Positions 58,379 to 64,000 of a stretch of DNA of 64,000 nt are shown here, one piece after another (position 1 is the first letter of the stretch; each line of letters begins with the position of its first letter). Origin of the DNA: an uncultured Clostridia bacterium (lineage in GTDB: Bacteria; Bacillota; Clostridia; TANB77; CAG-508); assembly GCA_934120315.1 (NCBI GenBank), contig CAKOTX010000003.1, forward strand, positions 71,236 through 135,235. Direction: 5' to 3'. The notes beneath the pieces are model-generated. The model searched no databases and had not been told where the DNA came from. It saw nothing but the letters and a program-made list of their open reading frames with translations. The translations under genes were made by a program, and so were the position numbers.

Positions 58379-58393
58379 AAATGTTACTATCAT

Positions 58394-58422
58394 ATAGTAA
58401 CACATTATTTGGTTTTTGACAA
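58394..58422 (-). promoter_or_regulatory. Putative promoter of tRNA-Trp
   Basis: Minus strand reads TTGTCA (58422..58417), 17 nt, TGtTACTAT (extended -10, hexamer 58399..58394), about 15 nt upstream of the mature 5' end. Confidence 0.45.
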
Positions 58423-58440
58423 GACTTTTTAATAATTTTT

Positions 58441-60753
58441 TTAATTCTTTTTTGTAAAGTATCCTGGGGTACTTGCTGTGTCTATTCGAGCATATGTTTT
58501 ATCTTTATAGCTTGAACTGTATTTAGTCCCATTTCCTCCTACTAATTTTGTAGAATTAGAAAACATACCATTTGAACTTGTTACATTTTCTGTTGTCCAT
58601 CCTTTTTCACTTACATATATTGTAGTTAACTCTTCGCAAGAATCAAACATATAATTCATATTCGTTACATTACTCGTATTAAAGCTACTTAAACCTATAC
58701 TACTTAATCCGTTACATTCAGAAAACATAGAACCCATATCCGTTACCTGACTCGTGTCAAAATTACTCAAATCTAATTTGGTTAATTTTTTACAGTATTC
58801 AAACATACCATTCATATTTGTTACCTGACTCGTATTAAAATTGCTTACATCCAATTCTGTTAAGCCACTGCAATAATAAAACATATCCTTCATGTTTGTT
58901 ACATTACTCGTATCAAAGTTGCTTACATCCAATTCTATTAAACCACTACACCATGTAAACATATTATACATAGTAGTTACCTTACTCGTATTAAAATTAC
59001 TTACATCCAATTGTGTTAATTTTTTACAGTATCCAAACATATTATGCATATCTGTTACCTGGCTTGTATTAAAGTTGCTTACATCCAATTCTGTTAGTAC
59101 ATTACATTGAGCAAACATGCAATACATATTTGTTACCTTACTCGTATTAAAATTACTTACATCCAATTGTGTTAATTTTTTACAGGATCCAAACATATTA
59201 TGCATATCTGTTACCTGGCTTGTATTAAAGTTGCTTACATCTACTTTGTCTAATACTTCACAATTTTCAAACATTTCACTCATGTTTATTACCTTACTTG
59301 TATCAAAATTACCTATATTCAAACTAATTAATTTTTTACAAAGCATAAACATACAGCCCATATCCGTAACTTGGCTCGTGTCAAAATTACTTAAATCTAA
59401 TTCTGTTAATTCTGAGCATCTTTCAAACATAGAATGCATACTCGTGACTTTATTAGTAGAAAAATTACTTAAATTCACCTTTGTTAATTTGCTACAAGAA
59501 CTAAACATCATCAGCATATTCGTAACTTGGCTCGTATCAAAATTACTTAAATCTAATTCTGTTAAGCTAATACAAGAATCAAACATGTGATTCATTTTTG
59601 TCACATTGCTCGTATTAAAATTACTTAAATTCAATTCTGCTAAGCCGTAACAATAAAAAAATATTTCAGACATATCAGTTACTCGGCTTGTGTCAAAATT
59701 ACTTAAATTTAATTTTGATATTTTAGAACACCAGTAAAACATTTTATTCATATCAGTTACATTGCTTGTATTAAAATTGCTTACATCCAATTCTGTTAAA
59801 CTACTGCAATAAGCAAACATTTGACTTGTATTTGTCACATTGCTCGTATTAAAGTTAGTTACATTCAATTCTGTTAAGCCACTGCAATGATAAAACATAC
59901 CAGCCATGTCTGTAACTCCATCAGTTATAAAGTTTGATAGATCTATATTGGTTAACTTATCAAAATAAAAAAATAAGTTACTTGAATTTTTATTAGCATA
60001 AATTGGATCTTCACTCATAAATGTTAATTCATACATTCCATCACTATCTTCGTCTGTATAATAGCCTATTATGCTTTCATCTTTTTTCTCCGATGCGTCA
60101 AATGTTGACTTTATTTCTGCCGTTATATCTGATTTTTTCCCTTGCTTAAATATTATTGTTTCTATTTTGTTATTATATATATTACTTCTTAAATATCTAT
60201 AACTACCAAATGTAGAATTAGAATTAGCCAGCATCCTATTAGGCAATTTTATAACAAAATTCAAATAAGAATTTAGCACATTATTATCAGGTACTGTTGT
60301 TCCTTTATACTTAAATTTTATAATTATATCTCTACTTTCGCCTGGCCCTATTTTTTCTCCTGTCGTAAAACCTGATATATCAAATATAATATCATTATTA
60401 TCATAAAAATCATTTGCATAAGTTATTTTTTGAAATATTGCTTCTTCTGTATATTTGTTATAAACTGTTACTTTAAATGTTATACTTGAATTTGCATCTG
60501 AATCAGACAACTGCATAGTACTATCCATTACTGTTCCAAGAAATTTATTTACTCTTGAATTGCTTGCACTTGCATTTACATCACTTACATACTCAATATT
60601 TGTAATAAACACTCCTTCCTGTGCATCCGCAAGTGCAGTTCCTTCAATGTCTCCCGTAACCGAATTTATTGACGCATACCCTACTGACATTATTAATATA
60701 GCTCCCAATAATACAAATAATAATAGCATATTTTTTCTTTCTAGCAATTTCAT
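58441..60753 (-). CDS. BspA-like surface protein with about 17 tandem 26-residue leucine-rich repeats (DUF285 / TIGR02167-type) and a TasA/SipW-type-looking signal peptide
   Basis: The repeat consensus LTELDVSNFNTSxVTxMxxMFxxCxx recurs with a 78-nt period. The N-terminus is KLLERKNMLLLFVLLGAILIMSVGYASINS. The start is at ATG 60753, 8 nt after GGAGG; the ORF-track start at 60768 is a TTG. Confidence 0.8.
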   Translation of the reverse strand: MKLLERKNMLLLFVLLGAILIMSVGYASINSVTGDIEGTALADAQEGVFITNIEYVSDVNASASNSRVNKFLGTVMDSTMQLSDSDANSSITFKVTVYNKYTEEAIFQKITYANDFYDNNDIIFDISGFTTGEKIGPGESRDIIIKFKYKGTTVPDNNVLNSYLNFVIKLPNRMLANSNSTFGSYRYLRSNIYNNKIETIIFKQGKKSDITAEIKSTFDASEKKDESIIGYYTDEDSDGMYELTFMSEDPIYANKNSSNLFFYFDKLTNIDLSNFITDGVTDMAGMFYHCSGLTELNVTNFNTSNVTNTSQMFAYCSSLTELDVSNFNTSNVTDMNKMFYWCSKISKLNLSNFDTSRVTDMSEIFFYCYGLAELNLSNFNTSNVTKMNHMFDSCISLTELDLSNFDTSQVTNMLMMFSSCSKLTKVNLSNFSTNKVTSMHSMFERCSELTELDLSNFDTSQVTDMGCMFMLCKKLISLNIGNFDTSKVINMSEMFENCEVLDKVDVSNFNTSQVTDMHNMFGSCKKLTQLDVSNFNTSKVTNMYCMFAQCNVLTELDVSNFNTSQVTDMHNMFGYCKKLTQLDVSNFNTSKVTTMYNMFTWCSGLIELDVSNFDTSNVTNMKDMFYYCSGLTELDVSNFNTSQVTNMNGMFEYCKKLTKLDLSNFDTSQVTDMGSMFSECNGLSSIGLSSFNTSNVTNMNYMFDSCEELTTIYVSEKGWTTENVTSSNGMFSNSTKLVGGNGTKYSSSYKDKTYARIDTASTPGYFTKKN
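58590..59955 (-). repeat. 78-bp (26-codon) tandem repeat array inside the BspA-like gene
   Basis: 17-18 consecutive units are visible in translation. Plus-strand shadow ORFs 58892..59110 and 59117..59590 show the same periodicity. Confidence 0.8.
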
Positions 60754-60818
60754 CTTTTCTACCTCCAATTTTATATAACAACACCAAAAATCTAGATAAA
60801 AAATAATTTTTTATTTAC

Positions 60819-61289
60819 TTAGAAAAATATCATATATGTTAACAACATTATCACTCTTAATTGAGTCATATCTTCTGTCATAAAATCAACATCTGTTGCA
60901 CTTTCTACTTTCTCATCAACAATGCTAACATCATAAGATTTTACATCTTGAATTTTAAAATATGTTTCGAAATTCTTTTTTTGATTTACTTCTAAGTTTC
61001 CTATATCCAAATACTTTGTTCCTAAAATATTTCCACTTTCTGCATATAAATCTATTTTCAAATATTTTCCACTTATATTATTTTCTTCACTATTTGTAAC
61101 TGTTCCGCTAATTCTTCCATTTACCTTTGTTGCTTCAGCATTATTTATTGCAATTTGATTTGAAATTTCACTCCTTCTTGGTATTGCTTTATATGTAGAG
61201 TTTATTCCATAATAAATTAATATATCTGATAATATCCAAAACAATATCAACCAAATAGCATATTTTGCAAAAGTTTTTAGTCTATTCAT
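60819..61289 (-). CDS. Membrane-anchored protein, possibly with an FxLYD-like domain
   Basis: N-terminal TM helix (AIWLILFWILSDILIYYGI), a beta-rich ectodomain with KIDLYAESGNILG (FxLYD-like), and a hydrophobic C-terminus. RBS GGAGGG precedes the ATG. Confidence 0.45.
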   Translation of the reverse strand: MNRLKTFAKYAIWLILFWILSDILIYYGINSTYKAIPRRSEISNQIAINNAEATKVNGRISGTVTNSEENNISGKYLKIDLYAESGNILGTKYLDIGNLEVNQKKNFETYFKIQDVKSYDVSIVDEKVESATDVDFMTEDMTQLRVIMLLTYMIFF

Positions 61290-61308
61290 TCAAACATCCC
61301 TCCATGAT

Positions 61309-61935
61309 TTATTTTTCACAATCTAAGTATAACATTTCATTTGCTATAAATGTAAAGTAAGTTACTATTTCCATAAATGTTGTTGCTAATAGTGTATCTT
61401 GTGTTTTAATTGTTGCATTTTCCAATAATAAAATAACTAAAAATATTAAATTCCATAACAAAATTTTTAATATATTTTCTTTTTTTAATGTTATTCTTAT
61501 ACTATGTCCAATTGAAGCTATAACACCTGCATCTTCTAACACTATAATATAAACTGTAAATGATAATAATATTTTAATAATATATATTGACACTGCAGAA
61601 ATTCCCCATATTGCTAAATCGCCTACTTGTTCTTTTAATTTAAATACACCATCAGCAAGGCTAGTTGTTATTACATTTAGAATTATCATTACAACAACCA
61701 CTTTTATGTATGTACTTATTTTAAACTTTTTATCTTCGCTTTCTGCAACATTTTTTATCAATAAAATATTAAATATTGATACTATAAGTATTTCAATAGT
61801 CTTTACTGATATTGCTGTTGCAACTTCATTTCCAACAAATATGTTTTGTTGTAGAACTTCACCTATAATTCCTAATAAAAGTGAGGCACCAACAATAATC
61901 CACAAAATTTTTATGTATTTTCCTATTTTTTCCAT
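61309..61935 (-). CDS. Hypothetical polytopic membrane protein
   Basis: 208 aa with about 6 predicted TM helices. RBS AGGAGGAG precedes the ATG. Confidence 0.45.
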   Translation of the reverse strand: MEKIGKYIKILWIIVGASLLLGIIGEVLQQNIFVGNEVATAISVKTIEILIVSIFNILLIKNVAESEDKKFKISTYIKVVVVMIILNVITTSLADGVFKLKEQVGDLAIWGISAVSIYIIKILLSFTVYIIVLEDAGVIASIGHSIRITLKKENILKILLWNLIFLVILLLENATIKTQDTLLATTFMEIVTYFTFIANEMLYLDCEK

Positions 61936-61947
61936 GCTTTTCTCCTC

Positions 61948-62277
61948 CTACATTATCCCTTGTAATACAAGCCAATCAAAAAATCCTTCTAATAATTGTT
62001 CGAAATCTGTTTTTGAAATATATGACTCTTTATTGGTCATTTGGCTAGCTAAAACCGGATTTTCAATTACTCTTTTTGTAGGTGTTCTTAACATGAATTT
62101 TGTTATTGCTTCTAATTCTATTACTGTTGTTGAACTATCTGACACATAACATTCTACCATCCATGGCTTTTTTGGTTCTTCCTTTTGTGGTTGTAACCAC
62201 GCATTTGCTACATTTCCATGTAAAAGCATAATCAAAAGTATACTGATTGCTATTCCTATTTTTCTAAATTTTTTCAT
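61948..62277 (-). CDS. Hypothetical small secreted protein
   Basis: Signal peptide with a VANA-W cleavage-like site; 109 aa. RBS AAGGAG precedes the ATG. It is the first gene of a four-gene minus-strand cluster. Confidence 0.45.
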   Translation of the reverse strand: MKKFRKIGIAISILLIMLLHGNVANAWLQPQKEEPKKPWMVECYVSDSSTTVIELEAITKFMLRTPTKRVIENPVLASQMTNKESYISKTDFEQLLEGFFDWLVLQGIM

Positions 62278-62359
62278 TTGTTTTCCATCTCCTTATTCTC
62301 GTTTATTCTACCATATTATTTTTTCTTACGCAACAAAAAACGACAAACTAATAAAAAAA

Positions 62360-62477
62360 TGTCAATTTGGTGTCGGTGTTTTTCTTGACAGCCATGTCAA
62401 AAAAAACACCGGTACCAAATTGACAAAAAAATGACACCCAACTATCTTATAACCATTGATTGTGTAATCTTACATTC
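62360..62477. repeat. Intergenic repeat family, inverted pair plus about 50-bp conserved tail (upstream of prx)
   Basis: tgtcaatttggtgtcggtgtttttcttgaca gcca tgtcaaaaaaaacaccggtaccaaattgaca, followed by the tail aaaaaatgacacccaactatcttataaccattgattgtgtaatcttacattc. Confidence 0.85.
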
Positions 62478-62640
62478 AAAAAATCACTTTTTACATTTTG
62501 GGCATTTTTCTTCTAATAATTTAAAATTACAACATACTTTTTTCACGAAAAAATTTGTAGTCAAACACACATTTATATTACAAAATAAAAGTAACAAAAA
62601 CTTCCCATCAAAATACAATATGATGAAAGGAGTTTTTTAT

Positions 62641-63315
62641 ATGGACTATGAATTAATGATGAATGGAACTGTAAAAATTGGTCAACATGCTCCAAACTTT
62701 GAAGCAGAAACTACATATGGGCCTGTCAGCCTTGAAGATTACAAAGGGAAATGGTTAGTATTTTTCTCACATCCAGGAGATTTTACCCCAGTCTGTACAA
62801 CAGAAATGATTGCATTTGCAAATGCCTGCCCATACTTTGAAAAATTAAACACTTGCCTATTAGGATTAAGCATAGACAGCAATCCATCACATCTTGCATG
62901 GATGCGTGACATTTACTGCATGACAGGAATCGTTTTACCATTTCCAATTGTTGCAGATAGAAATGGATCAATTGCCAGAAAATATGGCATGATTTCTAAT
63001 GATATTAGTTCTACAGAAACTGTTAGAAATGTCTTTGTAATTGATGATAAAGGTATTGTAAGAGTAATTCTAGTATACCCTTTAAACATAGGAAGATTTA
63101 TACCAGAAATCCTAAGAATCATTCAAGCTTTGCAAATGGCAGACTGCTCAAAAGGTTCTACTCCTGCAAATTGGATGCCAGGGCAACCTGTTATTGAAAC
63201 ACCTCCAAAAACATATCCTCAATTGCAAGAAAGATTAAATTTTATTGAACAAAATAATAACGGAATGAGCTGGTATTTAAGTTTTAAAGAACCACCTAAA
63301 ATATGTGACAAGTGA
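62641..63315 (+). CDS. Peroxiredoxin (Prx6-like, AhpC/TSA family)
   Basis: APNFEAETTYG..WLVFFSHPGDFTPVCTTE peroxidatic Cys motif. The start is at ATG 62641, 8 nt after AAAGGAG; the ORF-track start at 62431 would read through the repeat element. The stop TGA (63313..63315) is the first 3 nt of the downstream repeat copy. Confidence 0.88.
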   Translation: MDYELMMNGTVKIGQHAPNFEAETTYGPVSLEDYKGKWLVFFSHPGDFTPVCTTEMIAFANACPYFEKLNTCLLGLSIDSNPSHLAWMRDIYCMTGIVLPFPIVADRNGSIARKYGMISNDISSTETVRNVFVIDDKGIVRVILVYPLNIGRFIPEILRIIQALQMADCSKGSTPANWMPGQPVIETPPKTYPQLQERLNFIEQNNNGMSWYLSFKEPPKICDK

Positions 63316-63441
63316 CAATTTGGTGTCAATTTGGTACCGGTGTTTTTCTTGACAGCCTTGTCAAGAAAAACACCGGTACCAAATTGACAAAAAACTAGCA
63401 TCCAATTATCTCGTAACCGTTGGCAGTGTAGTCTTGCCTTC
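63313..63441. repeat. Intergenic repeat family, 13-nt partial unit plus inverted pair plus about 50-bp conserved tail (downstream of prx)
   Basis: tgacaatttggtg tcaatttggtaccggtgtttttcttgaca gcct tgtcaagaaaaacaccggtaccaaattgaca, followed by the tail aaaaactagcatccaattatctcgtaaccgttggcagtgtagtcttgccttc. It has the same orientation and tail as 62360..62477. Confidence 0.88.
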
Positions 63442-63616
63442 AATTTTTTTGTTGGATTTTTTTGGAGATTTTTTACACTTTTTTTGAAATTTTAAATAAT
63501 AAAAAAAGCAAAGAATTTTCAGTTCCTTGCTCTTTAATTAACATATTTTATTAATCTTTTTAATTTTTTATCTTGTATCTTTTTTAATTCTTCCAGATAC
63601 AATTCAGGTATTTTAA

Positions 63617-64000
63617 TTATAACTTTAGTAACTTTTTATAACTTTTTGGAAATCCCATTTTATACATTACTTTATCTATTTGTATTGCATATAATTCCTT
63701 TTTTAATTTTTCTATACTTTTTATTATTTCAGAATAGAATCTATTAAATTGATCTTTTTCTAATAATAGTTTTAAAGCAATAATAATTGAAAATAAATCT
63801 CTTGTTGCATATTGGTAGTTACCATTTTTATTCTCAATTTTCAATTTTTTATGATAAATAGTAGATGAAATTCTATTTTTCATTTTTATATCATATAGTT
63901 TTTCATCATGTGCACAAATATTTCTAATTAATGTTAAATTGTGCAATATTATTCTAAATTCAGATATTCTTAAATTATATTTTCTACTGATTGTATTTTG
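63617..64000 (-). CDS. Abi_2 (AbiD/AbiF-like) abortive infection protein, C-terminal part; N-terminus lies beyond the right window edge
   Basis: LIRNICAHDEKLYD matches the LRNxxAH motif of Abi_2 proteins. The frame stays open upstream of the ORF-track TTG start through position 64000 (..QNTISRKYNLRISEFRIILHNLTLIRN). A terminator hairpin plus T-run lies at about 63505..63535. Confidence 0.65.
   Translation of the reverse strand, partial: QNTISRKYNLRISEFRIILHNLTLIRNICAHDEKLYDIKMKNRISSTIYHKKLKIENKNGNYQYATRDLFSIIIALKLLLEKDQFNRFYSEIIKSIEKLKKELYAIQIDKVMYKMGFPKSYKKLLKL

Noticed and set aside
62431-62640. Long N-terminal extension of the peroxiredoxin ORF (294-aa version)
   Set aside because: The extension begins in the repeat tail and has non-protein-like sequence. 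The ATG at 62641 has a well-spaced AAAGGAG and gives a normal-length Prx beginning just before the conserved APNFEA motif.

Overview
AT-rich (sampled lines about 18-30% G+C) chromosomal segment of a spore-forming, Clostridia-like Firmicute. SpoIIM, LexA, RNase Y, a T-box leader and Firmicute-type PBPs support that placement. Nearly all genes are on the minus strand. Most of the window is core housekeeping: argS, cysS, glyQS with a T-box, rny, greA, lexA, dinB, cca, ftsH, ftsY, glmM, gpmA, pgsA, rqcH, xerD-spoIIM, and a large cell-envelope set (two PBPs, ftsEX plus two coiled-coil M23 peptidases plus an S41 protease, FemAB-type transferase plus racemase, GH18 hydrolase). Several things stand out. 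(1) A dispersed family of about 31-bp palindrome-ended intergenic repeats always occurs in pairs. I found six clear loci and one degenerate one. One copy supplies the last ~20 codons and the stop of cca, and two copies bracket a peroxiredoxin gene. (2) A self-contained type III toxin-antitoxin (ToxN/AbiQ/CptN-like) module carries a 2.1 x 48-nt antitoxin RNA repeat array. The two repeats differ by compensatory base changes. (3) A frameshifted surface protein of roughly 1050 aa is built from three modules. (4) A small gene islet of about 39% G+C sits in the low-GC background. (5) A four-gene envelope operon ends in a BspA-like protein with 26-residue repeats and a very recent internal duplication. 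(6) A truncated Abi_2-type abortive-infection gene lies at the right edge. All calls come from reading the sequence and ORF translations; no database search was possible.
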